The notes under the pieces were generated by a model, which searched no databases, was not told the DNA's origin, and saw only the letters and a list, made by a program, of their open reading frames with translations. Source: Thermodesulfobacteriota bacterium (GTDB lineage: Bacteria; Desulfobacterota; Desulfobacteria; Desulfobacterales; C00003060). From it: a stretch of DNA of 64,000 bases. The position numbers and the translations under genes are program-made. Location of the stretch: positions 32,001 to 96,000 of the forward strand of contig JAXHVD010000003.1 of the NCBI GenBank assembly GCA_034189385.1. The letters are read 5' to 3'. This document shows, piece by piece, positions 49,740 through 59,046 of this stretch. How positions within the stretch are numbered: position 1 is the first letter of the stretch; the number at the start of each line of letters is the position of its first letter.

Positions 49740-50861
49740 ATGGATGCATCACGCAGAGACTTTCTAAAGACGGGCCTGTGCATGGCCTGTGGCGGGCTCC
49801 TTGTCCCATGGCAAAACGCCTGGGCCAAGAAGATTGTCTCCCCCACTGACGCCCACGCAAAGGAGGCCTATTTCTACAAGAAGCTTGCTGATGGCGCAGT
49901 GCAATGCGGTAACTGCCCCCATGCATGCATCATTGCCCCTGGCAATCGAGGAAGATGCCGAACCAGGGAAAACGTGGGGGGACGGCTTTTTAGCATCTCT
50001 TACGGCAATCCGTGCGTGGTGAATGTGGACCCAGTGGAAAAAAAGCCCCTCTTGCACTTATACCCTGGCACTAAGGCCTTTTCTTTGGCCGTAGCAGGGT
50101 GTAACTTTACCTGCCTGAACTGCCAAAACTGGGAGATATCCCAAACCAGTCCGGACAAGACCCGAAATTACAATCTTCCCCCAGAAGAAGTCGTGGCCTT
50201 GGCCGAACAATACGGATGCAAGAGCATTGCCTATACCTATTCCGAGGCCACCACCTTTTATGAGTACATGGTGGACATTTCGGCAGAGGCTCAAAAACGG
50301 GGAATCAAGAATATCTGGGTGAGCAATGCCTATATCAGTCAACCCGCCTTGCATCGCCTCTGCGATGTCATCGATGCCGCCAGCGTTAACCTGAAGAGTT
50401 TTTCAGACAAGATCTATTGGGATCTGAACGGCGGACACCTTCAGCCGGTCCTTGACACCTTCAAGACCCTTCATCGGCGAGGGGTATGGATGGAAATCAT
50501 CAACTTGGTCATCCCCACCTACACCGATGACATGGAAATGATCAAGAGGATGTGTGGGTGGATCTTGGAGAACCTAGGCCCTGAATATCCCCTCCATTTC
50601 TCCCGCTTTTCCCCCCTGTACAAGCTGATCCACCTCCCTCCAACGCCCGTTGAGGTACTGAAACAGGCTGAAGCCGTGGCCTTGAAAGAGGGGCTTCACT
50701 ACGTCTATGTCGGCAACGTCCCCGGCCTGGGTGACAAGACCGTGTGTCCTGGCTGCAAGGAGACGGTGATTCAAAGAAGGGGGTATGGGCTTCTTTGGAA
50801 TCATGTTAAGGATGGAAAATGCAGCTTGTGCGGGACCTCTATAAGCGGCAGGTGGGAATGA
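49740..50861 (+). CDS. amrS: AmmeMemoRadiSam system radical SAM enzyme with a twin-arginine signal peptide
   Basis: SRRDFLK...AWA; DPVEKKPL.H.YPG; GCNFTCLNCQNWEISQ; IAYTYSE; YVYVGN; CPGC...C..CG. Confidence 0.92.
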   Translation: MDASRRDFLKTGLCMACGGLLVPWQNAWAKKIVSPTDAHAKEAYFYKKLADGAVQCGNCPHACIIAPGNRGRCRTRENVGGRLFSISYGNPCVVNVDPVEKKPLLHLYPGTKAFSLAVAGCNFTCLNCQNWEISQTSPDKTRNYNLPPEEVVALAEQYGCKSIAYTYSEATTFYEYMVDISAEAQKRGIKNIWVSNAYISQPALHRLCDVIDAASVNLKSFSDKIYWDLNGGHLQPVLDTFKTLHRRGVWMEIINLVIPTYTDDMEMIKRMCGWILENLGPEYPLHFSRFSPLYKLIHLPPTPVEVLKQAEAVALKEGLHYVYVGNVPGLGDKTVCPGCKETVIQRRGYGLLWNHVKDGKCSLCGTSISGRWE

Positions 50862-52321
50862 TGACCATGCGCATCACGGTCCTCTCAATTTGTCTCGTAC
50901 TCACTTTGCCCATAGCTTCGTCGTACGCCGACACCGAGACCGGGTCAAGCGTGAGACCGGCGATAGTGGCAGGTCTCTTCTATCCCAGCCAGCCCGAAGC
51001 CCTTCGAGACATGGTTGCCAAGCAGTTGAAAGAGGCTGGCGGCGCCAACGTTGCCGGAAGAATCAGGGGGTTGGTCTCCCCCCATGCGGGATATGTCTAT
51101 TCTGGAATTGTGGCTGCCGCTGGATACAGACAAGTGGATCCATCTTTCAAAACCGTCATCCTCCTTGGACCGAGTCATCGATTTCCCCTAAAAGGCGCCT
51201 CTATCCCTGACCTCAAGGCCTACCGAACCCCGCTGGGAGATGTACCACTGGCCAGATTGGCTTTCACGCTTCAAGACGAGCCCCTGGTTGAATCTGTCCC
51301 TCAGGCCCACAGCAGAGAACATTCCCTTGAGGTCCAACTTCCCTTCTTGCAGATCATACTCAAAGATTTCCAGATTGTCCCCATACTGAGCAACAATGCA
51401 GACCCAGAGGCCCTCGCTGCCATCCTGGCCCCTCATATAGGGGAAGACACCCTGGTGGTGGCAAGCTCGGACCTTTCCCACTATCACTCCTATGAAAAGG
51501 CCGTTAGCCTGGACCGCCTTTTCACGGCAGCAGTACCTGCCCTGAAGTTCTCCGACCTATCACAGTGCGAGGCCTGCGGCAAACAGGCTGTCTTGACCTT
51601 GATGCATATTGCCAAGATAAAGGGCTGGGATGGCCTGTTCATCGACTACAAGAACTCTGGCGACACCGCAGGAAGGAAGGACCAGGTTGTAGGATATGCA
51701 AGTATCGCCTTTGTTGACAGAAAGGAGGCATCGAAGAGAATGAACGAAACCCTGCCCACCAAGGATAGAAAAGCCCTCCTTCAGCTTGCCCGCTCTGCCA
51801 TTGAGGCAAAGCTTGTCAAAGGCGCCAGGGTGGAAAGGCCTGCCCCCCTTTCTCCTGCCCTGAAAGAGGTGTGCGGCTGCTTCGTAACACTCCATAAACA
51901 CGGCCAGCTTCGAGGCTGCATCGGGTCTATTGAACCCGTGTCACCCCTTGTTGAATGCGTGGAGAGCAACGCCAAGAACGCTGCCTTTCGTGACCCGAGA
52001 TTTCCCCCCTTGAGTCGAGAGGAACTGGCCGACATAGACATCGAGGTGAGCGTCCTGTCCGTGCCGCAAAGACTAGATTTCACAGATGGAGAAGACCTTA
52101 AGCGTCAGCTTCAACCTCTGGTTCATGGGGTAATCTTGTCTCGTGGTTTCAACCGCTCCACCTTCCTTCCCCAGGTGTGGAAACAGTTGCCAGACAAGGA
52201 GCAGTTCCTGGGACACCTTTGTCAGAAGGGCGGCATGCCTCAAAAGGCGTGGCAGGACCCTGCTGACACCAAGGTGGAAGTATACCAGGCCGCGGTCTTT
52301 GGCGAAAAGGATTTCAGATGA
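50858..52321 (+). CDS. AmmeMemoRadiSam protein B (Memo) - protein A (AMMECR1) fusion with a Sec-type signal peptide
   Basis: RPA.VAG.FYP, PHAGY.YSG, GPSH, EHSLEVQLPFLQ, SSDLSHY, VVGY; then FVTL....LRGCIG, AAFRDPRF, STFLPQVW. Confidence 0.92.
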   Translation: MMTMRITVLSICLVLTLPIASSYADTETGSSVRPAIVAGLFYPSQPEALRDMVAKQLKEAGGANVAGRIRGLVSPHAGYVYSGIVAAAGYRQVDPSFKTVILLGPSHRFPLKGASIPDLKAYRTPLGDVPLARLAFTLQDEPLVESVPQAHSREHSLEVQLPFLQIILKDFQIVPILSNNADPEALAAILAPHIGEDTLVVASSDLSHYHSYEKAVSLDRLFTAAVPALKFSDLSQCEACGKQAVLTLMHIAKIKGWDGLFIDYKNSGDTAGRKDQVVGYASIAFVDRKEASKRMNETLPTKDRKALLQLARSAIEAKLVKGARVERPAPLSPALKEVCGCFVTLHKHGQLRGCIGSIEPVSPLVECVESNAKNAAFRDPRFPPLSREELADIDIEVSVLSVPQRLDFTDGEDLKRQLQPLVHGVILSRGFNRSTFLPQVWKQLPDKEQFLGHLCQKGGMPQKAWQDPADTKVEVYQAAVFGEKDFR

Positions 52322-52430
52322 ACTAGGTCTGCCCACCTGTCCTCCACAGCCCTCTTACTTGATTTTCACCCATGCCAACCGCTGAACTTTCAAAGCAGGA
52401 TCCCCCAACATATGCTTCAACATCCAAGGC

Positions 52431-52457
52431 TCAAGGTTTTCGTCCTTGTGCCGATAA
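52431..52457 (+). promoter_or_regulatory. sigma28 (FliA)-type promoter
   Basis: TCAA-N15-GCCGATAA: exact -10 octamer, canonical 15-nt spacer. Confidence 0.7.
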
Positions 52458-52623
52458 ATAAGTAGAGGGAATCGGCACTTGGATGACTCCGTCTCAAGGG
52501 GGTTAACACCGGAATCGGCACCCCATGAGGTGGAATGTGCGTTTGAATCCCCCTTTCTATAGCAATAGATACGTTCATAGTTGAAGGACCAAGAGAGAAA
52601 CCGAGGATACCACAGGAACGGTC

Positions 52624-54804
52624 ATGCCAGAAGCCGCCGGACATGAAGGTGCTGCCTCCAATAGCCTGAATCAGGACGACATCTCGAAGCTCTTTGGAGA
52701 CACCGGGCAAAACGAAAAAGAGGGGGGGAGTCAGAATCGGGAAGCCGAACCGAGCCAAGACCTAGACCATGGCCCTGTTACCCCTGTCAAGTATCCAGCC
52801 GATGCTGAGGGGCTGGGCGGTGAAGATCACATGGGACAGGGAGAGAGTTTTTCAGGCGTGGACGGATCAGAAAACATTGAAGACGATGAGGTTGAAATCC
52901 AAGAGACTGAAGAACTCCTGGCCCAATTGGAGATCTTAGAAGATGAACCGGTAGACGACAACAGTCATAACGACGCAGAAGAAAATGTACCGGACAGAGA
53001 TGATGTATCTACCAGAACCGATTCTCACGAGAACCCATCATCCGAAAAAGGAGACACAACGGCCGATAAGAAGGAAAAAGGGAATAGCGAGACTGTAAAT
53101 GGCCCTGAAGTGGGGGATCAAGACGCAGAAGAACCAGAGGGCGTGACCGAGGAAGATGAGATCGACGATGACAGGGACCACGAAGGGAGCGTTGAAGAAC
53201 ACGGGGTTGATGCCGAAAGCGATAAAGCGTCTATCACCGAAGCTGGCGATCCTGAGGGTCAAGAGGCGGCTGACCATAAGAAAGACCGGACATCAGCAGA
53301 GAATCCGTTGCAAGAGCAGAAAGATAATGAGTTGTCAGAACCTAATTCCGATCAAGAGCCGTTATCCACAAAAGGGGAGAGGGAGGAAGATGAAAACCTG
53401 GAAGCGGACACCGAGAACCATGACAAAAAGGCCGAAGAGGAGGAAGACCGGGACGTCCCCGAAGTGGTGAACGAGGGAAGGCAGAACGAAGACGACATCC
53501 CCTTGAAAGAGGACGATGAGCACGTGGAAGACGAGCATCGACCAAAGAGGGGAAAAAGGTCTTTGATGCTTCTTATCGGCCTTCTCTCCTGCGTGATAGT
53601 GATGGCCGGGATGGCTGGATGGGTCCTTTATAGAAAAAGATACGTCCCTGAATCTACAAAGAAAAAAGTCCTTGCCCCTGTTCAACAAAGAAACGTCTCA
53701 GTTGGCGAGATGGAGACAGGACTGCCACAGCCCCGCCCATCCCACGTTGCCCGTGGTCCGGCCACCTTGGTGGCCAGGCTCGAGTCCAGGCTTCAGGAAG
53801 CGGCAGACCTGAGGGATGAACTGCTTATCAAGGCAGGGGAGATTGATCAACTCAAGGGCCATTTTTCTGAAAGCATCGCCAAGACAGAAAAGGAAATCCT
53901 TCAAGAGAAAAAAGCGCGTGAAATAAACTCTTACCTGCAAGCCATGAATAACAAGAAAGTCGAATTGGGGTTGCGGACCATCCAGCGCAGAGAGGCCTAT
54001 ATTCGACAACTCGATCAACCCTCGGAGTGGTTGGAAGGGGGGAGCCAAGAGCTACTTTATGTGAGGCGGAAAACCATGATTGAAATGGAGGCGAGCAAGA
54101 TTGCAGGTGACATAGACCTTGAGAGACTGATCGCCGATCTAGGGGGGGTCATCCAAAAGAACCGCCATGGTATGAACAGTCTCACCGTCGACATGGGAAA
54201 GGCCAAGCTGCATTGCCTTGAAACCATATGGACAAGACTGACTGAAGCGGACAACGGGAAGGGCAATGGCGAAACCAATACTAAAAAAAGGGTACCCAAC
54301 GGCCCACCCTTTATAACGGGCAATAGAGATAATGAAATATGGCAAGAGCTCTGCGGTGGAAATTATGCGCGAAAAGGGGAGCTGACCGAGCTTTCAGTGC
54401 CAGCGGCCAAATGTCTCTCCAGAATTGAGGTCTCGGATCTTTTCCTCAATGGGCTGATCCGACTGTCCCCAGAGGCGGCCAAACACCTGATGAAATGGAA
54501 GGGTGACTGGCTTTGCCTAAATGGCCTGAAGCAGGTTTTACCAGAGACGGGAAAAAGTCTGTTTCAATGGCCCGGCAAAGTGATTTCCCTCAATGGTCTG
54601 TCCAGATTTCCTCCCGAACTCGCTCCCCTGCTCCTGAAATGGCAGGGAACCCAGCTTGAGCTCATGGGCCTTGAACCATTAGATGATATCGGCCAACTGG
54701 CAGGGATAAAGGCCTTGGCCCAGTGGGAAGAATCGGGCGGTAAGCTTTATGTTCCTGGTAACATCAGAAAACAGATTGAAGACATCATGGGAAGGAGTGG
54801 ATGA
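52624..54804 (+). CDS. Hypothetical bitopic membrane protein: acidic disordered N-terminus, TM helix, helical domain, 24-aa LRR-like repeats
   Basis: D/E-rich ~300 aa; TM LMLLIGLLSCVIVMAGMAGWVL; repeats LxLNGL...W.G. Confidence 0.85.
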   Translation: MPEAAGHEGAASNSLNQDDISKLFGDTGQNEKEGGSQNREAEPSQDLDHGPVTPVKYPADAEGLGGEDHMGQGESFSGVDGSENIEDDEVEIQETEELLAQLEILEDEPVDDNSHNDAEENVPDRDDVSTRTDSHENPSSEKGDTTADKKEKGNSETVNGPEVGDQDAEEPEGVTEEDEIDDDRDHEGSVEEHGVDAESDKASITEAGDPEGQEAADHKKDRTSAENPLQEQKDNELSEPNSDQEPLSTKGEREEDENLEADTENHDKKAEEEEDRDVPEVVNEGRQNEDDIPLKEDDEHVEDEHRPKRGKRSLMLLIGLLSCVIVMAGMAGWVLYRKRYVPESTKKKVLAPVQQRNVSVGEMETGLPQPRPSHVARGPATLVARLESRLQEAADLRDELLIKAGEIDQLKGHFSESIAKTEKEILQEKKAREINSYLQAMNNKKVELGLRTIQRREAYIRQLDQPSEWLEGGSQELLYVRRKTMIEMEASKIAGDIDLERLIADLGGVIQKNRHGMNSLTVDMGKAKLHCLETIWTRLTEADNGKGNGETNTKKRVPNGPPFITGNRDNEIWQELCGGNYARKGELTELSVPAAKCLSRIEVSDLFLNGLIRLSPEAAKHLMKWKGDWLCLNGLKQVLPETGKSLFQWPGKVISLNGLSRFPPELAPLLLKWQGTQLELMGLEPLDDIGQLAGIKALAQWEESGGKLYVPGNIRKQIEDIMGRSG

Positions 54805-55391
54805 TGAAACAAGTTATGGGCAGCACCCGTAGAGTCTACCTCTGGGCGTTGTGCTGCTTGTTCACCATCCTGTCTTCAGATCTTGCACTGGCGGTCCATC
54901 CAACGATTTTCACCCTGCAACAAAAGATGGAACAAATCGCGTCCCTGCGTGCAAGCATTGCTGAAAAGGCTGAACAGGGGAGAAGCATTCGTCAACAGTT
55001 CAAAGAACAGATGGAGGCCATAGCCCAAGAGATCAAAGATGAGCAAGAGTGGATGGAAACGAAATCCTATGAAGAGGCCATCCAGTGCCCCCGTATTGAC
55101 TATGATCTCAGACTCCTTCAGCGGTATGATGGCTACCTGTCTGAAATCGATCGAAGGCTCAACTATTATCAGACTTTGGATGTACAGCTGGCCTACCTTT
55201 TTCAGCGGGCCGAGGATGACATGAAGATCATTGAGACATTAAATGACATGGACATAGCCGCTTTGATGATCCGGATCGACAGGGTCCTTAATGAATATCT
55301 TCCTGAAGCTGAAAAGCCGTTGATCCGTGCAAAACACCTTCGGCTGCCTCAGCACGAAGATGTGTGGAATGAAATCGTGAAGCGTTACTAA
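54801..55391 (+). CDS. Hypothetical secreted protein, paralogous to the helical domain of the upstream gene
   Basis: Signal peptide ending ALA; 4-nt overlap; by-eye alignment with the upstream protein. Confidence 0.8.
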   Translation: MMKQVMGSTRRVYLWALCCLFTILSSDLALAVHPTIFTLQQKMEQIASLRASIAEKAEQGRSIRQQFKEQMEAIAQEIKDEQEWMETKSYEEAIQCPRIDYDLRLLQRYDGYLSEIDRRLNYYQTLDVQLAYLFQRAEDDMKIIETLNDMDIAALMIRIDRVLNEYLPEAEKPLIRAKHLRLPQHEDVWNEIVKRY

Positions 55392-55627
55392 TAGTGGCTT
55401 CAACGCACCTGCAGTGCTGCTACTTGCTTCGGCCGCTCAACACTTGCTTTTTTTCCTGCCAACCCAGATGCACCCTGTGGCCCGGAGTCCTCTTTTCTCC
55501 CAATCTCCTTAGAACGAGGTGGACGAGCCCTCCTTTCCGCAAGTCAATTAAGATGAAATTGCAGAAAGCCTTTTGCGAAACCATCAAGTAAGCAAGGTCA
55601 AGATGATAGGTTGAACAAACAGGGCCC

Positions 55628-55642
55628 CTGTCAATCTGACAG
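55628..55642. promoter_or_regulatory. Palindromic enhancer (UAS) candidate for a sigma54 activator
   Basis: CTGTCA-ATC-TGACAG; imperfect second copy GGTCA-AGA-TGATA at 55596-55608. Confidence 0.55.
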
Positions 55643-55714
55643 CGCCTTGTTCTTTTATAGTGCTCTACAACCAATTCTTGAATAAAAACAGCCGGGTATT
55701 GGCCCACCCACCAT

Positions 55715-55730
55715 TGGCATGCCAATTGCT
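55715..55730 (+). promoter_or_regulatory. sigma54 (-24/-12) promoter
   Basis: TGGCATGCCAATTGCT, GG-N10-GC consensus match. Confidence 0.8.
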
Positions 55731-55830
55731 TCAAGTGCTAGTAGTGATCTCCTTAAGTATAGGTCACCAAGAAGCCTACGGTCTTCAATGAGTCCCTTTT
55801 ATGACAGCGCAGGAACAAGGAGGATGAAAA

Positions 55831-56007
55831 GTGAAAAATCTGATCTTCGGCGTTCAGCATACGCTAAACCCCTTGCATGTGTATTGTCGTCTTGTGGGTA
55901 TTGGGCTGGACACAGAGATCTCTTTTCAACTCAGCAGATATTATGAGGGAGCAGTCTATAGCAAGCTTTTTAGATTTACGAATTACCTGTATCGCTGTTT
56001 GTCTTAA
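55831..56007 (+). CDS. Small 58-aa protein (QHTLNPLHVYCRL motif), missing from the ORF track
   Basis: AGGAGG at 55818-55823, GTG 55831, TAA 56005-56007: MKNLIFGVQHTLNPLHVYCRLVGIGLDTEISFQLSRYYEGAVYSKLFRFTNYLYRCLS. Confidence 0.72.
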   Translation: MKNLIFGVQHTLNPLHVYCRLVGIGLDTEISFQLSRYYEGAVYSKLFRFTNYLYRCLS

Positions 56008-56136
56008 CGGCCTTTTGCCCAAAGCAAGAGACCTTTCATCGATTTGTCCACACGCGTTGGCCACACATTGGTGAAACAGAAGGTGGGAAAAAAGTCCGCG
56101 GGATTGGCCACAAAGAGGGGTAAGTATCGCCGCCCT

Positions 56137-56310
56137 ATGGGGAGACAGGATATCGACGACGTGCTCTATTCCATCAAAGGGGCCATTGACAACCAGGAGC
56201 TTACACCAGAGATGGAACTTTTAAGGAAGCTTCTGGGCGAGCGGGCGTTGCTTTACGACCTAGTCGGAAATCGGCGGGAGATCAAGAAGCTTGTCAGCAT
56301 TTTTGTGTGA
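56137..56310 (+). CDS. Hypothetical small helical protein (start uncertain)
   Basis: Protein-like 3' part of ORF 56044-56310, co-oriented between the 58-aa gene and tusA. Confidence 0.4.
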   Translation: MGRQDIDDVLYSIKGAIDNQELTPEMELLRKLLGERALLYDLVGNRREIKKLVSIFV

Positions 56311-56482
56311 CCAGGCCAGAGAGGTTTCCAATGCCTGTTACCTCAAATGGCCTTGCTGGCAGGTGGCGGCCGGCAAGCATGCCTCCAATGGGAGGGGCCT
56401 GAAAGGAAAAATGCCATGTGCCCCTGTAGCCATCTACAGGGAATAGGCCTGGGTAAGAAAGGATCTGGTAGAGGAGAAAGTT

Positions 56483-56707
56483 ATGGCAATACAAGTGTTA
56501 GACACCCTTGGCATGAGGAGTCCCGAACCAATCCTCAAGATAGCTGTTCAGTCCCCGGACATGAGGACCGGTGACATCCTGCAAGTGTTAGGAGACTGCC
56601 CAACCTTTGAAAAAGATGTGCGTGCGTGGTGTAAGCGGCTCGGCAAAGCGCATCTTTCCACAAAGGCCTTGGGGTTGGACAAGAAGCAGATTCAGATACA
56701 GTTCTAG
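56483..56707 (+). CDS. tusA: TusA/SirA family sulfur-carrier-like protein with CPxP changed to SPEP
   Basis: LDTLGMRSPEPILK, GDILQVLGDCPTFEKDVRAWC; GAGGAG RBS. Confidence 0.82.
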   Translation: MAIQVLDTLGMRSPEPILKIAVQSPDMRTGDILQVLGDCPTFEKDVRAWCKRLGKAHLSTKALGLDKKQIQIQF

Positions 56708-56819
56708 AGGGCATATCATAAGAAAGGGCGGACATGCCTTGCAGCAGGCTAAGAGGTTGCTGTTGCGGCAGAAGGGCCCAAGAGAGAAGTTCGAGCCTTT
56801 CCATCTCCCAAATCAAAAT

Positions 56820-58829
56820 TCAATACAAGACGTCACTTCGAAACATCTTTTCTACAAGGCTTCTGTGATAGGACAAGTCAAAGACGCCTCTTTGATCCAT
56901 GAGCGCATAGTACTGATCCAGGGAAATACCTGTCTCAAATGACTTCAGCGTCATGCAGTAGGTCTCGTAAGGCATACTGATGATGTCGTCCAAAAGGAAA
57001 ATGGTGACCGTTTTTTCAGGCGTGAGGTCACCAGATCCTTCTGTTGCAAGCCTTTTCAAAAAGCATGAAAGGTTCAGATAATCGTGCTCGTGCATGGAAA
57101 GGAAGGCGCGATTCAACCGAGGTCGGCTGGTCTGATAAGAGCTCCTTATTCTTTGGGATCTGTCACGAAAAAGGGCCTTTTGGGTCTGCAGGGTGATCAG
57201 GTCTTCAATGAAGGGGATCCTGGAGAGCATAGAGTCATCTTGCGTGAGCTTCTTTTTCAGTTCATGGAGGAGCGCACAGTGACCTAGGGCTCTGAAAAGG
57301 TTCCCAGCTCTGGCAGTGGACATATTTGCCGCCACTTTCTCAAGGAGACCGATGACGTCTTCGCCTAGACATGCAAAAAGGATGTGAAAGAGCTCGTGGG
57401 ACTCTTCTTCCAGGCTCTTAAGCATGCCTACCAACATCTCGCATCTAAAGATGTCTTCTTCAGACAGGGCCTTGGGGGTGTATATGCAGAGATTGTCAAC
57501 TGAGAAGCTATAGTGCTCCTGGCCCCTGAGCCTTCTTGTCCAAGAGATGAGCGTATCGATGTCCCGGGGATTTTCCACATGGCTTTCCCAGTAGCCGCTT
57601 CCCACATCTGTGGACAGATGGTCGTAGTATACTCTTACGTTTGTGAGTCCACCTACAAACAGATTATGTTTCAGTCGAAAAATGTTTACAATCTCTTCCC
57701 TTAGGGCAACGTTTTTGGGGGTGGTTTCATGATATCGGCTAAAGAACAGGTATGTCTTCACCCCATGGTCGAGCCTTTTGTTGACGAGATCCAGGTTCTT
57801 TTTCAGGTCTTCAATAGAATAGGTCTTTTGATGCTTCACCTTCTGACGGCTCTCATCGTCAAAGACCTCTGGTGACATCTCAAAGAGCGGCCGGTCTTGC
57901 CTATTGAGGACGAAGAGTTCTTTGTACAGATCCAGAAACTCGGCGTCGAACAATTGCCAAGCACCGTAGTTCAGCTGAAAGGTCTTGACCAGGTCCTCTT
58001 CCCCCTTCATGGCCTCGAACAGGGCCTTTACGTAACTTCGGTCTATCTCATAACAGATGTATATTTTTCTAGTATACTCTTTTAGTTGCTTAAGGTCTGA
58101 CACAATTGCAGCAATCGATCTCGTCACCGGCTTTGTTCTGCCGCTGTGAAGCTTGAAAGCCTCACGGCTTCCTCCACAATAACGGCACCCGTACGTGCAT
58201 CCCCTGCCAATGAAGAGAGGAAATCCAAGCTTTCTTTCCAGGAACATAGTGTACAACTGGTAATCAAACAGATACCTGAGATTGGAAAAGGAAATGCTGG
58301 AAATGGTTGCCTTGTCTATGAAATAGGAGGCTTCATTGACGCCAACACCCCTTTTGTTTCTATATATAAGATTAGGGATATCGCGTACATCGGCATGGGA
58401 AAGGAGGAGCTCTAAAGGCCTTTCGGGGTCGCCCTTTACAACATAATCGACAAAGGGCCATTTCCTGATGAGCTCCTCTGCAAAATAGCTGCCTGTGAAA
58501 CCGCCGCACACGATTTTAGCCTTATGGGTCATCGCCTTTATGCGCTCACCTACCCAGTGCACTCCTTCTGCGGTTTCTTGCCAATGAAAAACCAAACCGA
58601 TATGGGTTGGGCGGAATTCTTGCAGATGATGGCCCAGGACCTCTTCCATCTCCGCCTCTTTGTAAAGGGCCAGGTTCAGGATTCTGGCCTGTCTCTTCCT
58701 GTGGTGCAGGTAGTCGCACAACCCAAAGGTCCCCATAGGAATATGGGTAAAGTGGACACTGGGACAGTTTATGATAAGCAGTCTTGGTGGCATATCCATT
58801 TTAGGGCTCAGGAATCTTTCTTCGGTCAT
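56820..58829 (-). CDS. B12-binding-domain radical SAM protein
   Basis: N-terminal GLVFHWQE / IVCGGFT / KGDPE; GRGCTYGCRYCGG; start probably ATG 58829 or slightly downstream. Confidence 0.85.
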   Translation of the reverse strand: MTEERFLSPKMDMPPRLLIINCPSVHFTHIPMGTFGLCDYLHHRKRQARILNLALYKEAEMEEVLGHHLQEFRPTHIGLVFHWQETAEGVHWVGERIKAMTHKAKIVCGGFTGSYFAEELIRKWPFVDYVVKGDPERPLELLLSHADVRDIPNLIYRNKRGVGVNEASYFIDKATISSISFSNLRYLFDYQLYTMFLERKLGFPLFIGRGCTYGCRYCGGSREAFKLHSGRTKPVTRSIAAIVSDLKQLKEYTRKIYICYEIDRSYVKALFEAMKGEEDLVKTFQLNYGAWQLFDAEFLDLYKELFVLNRQDRPLFEMSPEVFDDESRQKVKHQKTYSIEDLKKNLDLVNKRLDHGVKTYLFFSRYHETTPKNVALREEIVNIFRLKHNLFVGGLTNVRVYYDHLSTDVGSGYWESHVENPRDIDTLISWTRRLRGQEHYSFSVDNLCIYTPKALSEEDIFRCEMLVGMLKSLEEESHELFHILFACLGEDVIGLLEKVAANMSTARAGNLFRALGHCALLHELKKKLTQDDSMLSRIPFIEDLITLQTQKALFRDRSQRIRSSYQTSRPRLNRAFLSMHEHDYLNLSCFLKRLATEGSGDLTPEKTVTIFLLDDIISMPYETYCMTLKSFETGISLDQYYALMDQRGVFDLSYHRSLVEKMFRSDVLY

Positions 58830-58974
58830 TATCAAATCCAAATGCAAAAATAAATCCCCATGGGTTGGTCGGCGGGGTTGAGGACTGGCTTTTTTGCCTT
58901 GACATCCCAATAGCACCATGAGAATATATAAATGGTGTAAGACACGAATATCGGGATTGAAAAAGGGCATGGAA

Positions 58975-59046
58975 ATGAAGGGATACTATTTTAGCTACTA
59001 TTATTACCTTGGTCCGGTCGGCCCATGGCTGAAAGGAGGACACTAG
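58975..59046 (+). CDS. Tyr-rich leader peptide of the aro operon (MKGYYFSYYYYLGPVGPWLKGGH)
   Basis: ATG 58975 (alternative 58969) with AAGGG upstream; TAC TAT TTT AGC TAC TAT TAT TAC; TAG 59044-59046. Confidence 0.85.
   Translation: MKGYYFSYYYYLGPVGPWLKGGH

Noticed and set aside
55719..56074. ORF-track calls 55719-55946 and 55877-56074
   Set aside because: They overlap the sigma54 promoter or lack an RBS; the 55831-56007 frame fits the SD spacing better.
58830..58970. N-terminal extension of the B12 radical SAM ORF
   Set aside because: Overlaps the divergent aro promoter and leader region and shows no domain-like sequence.
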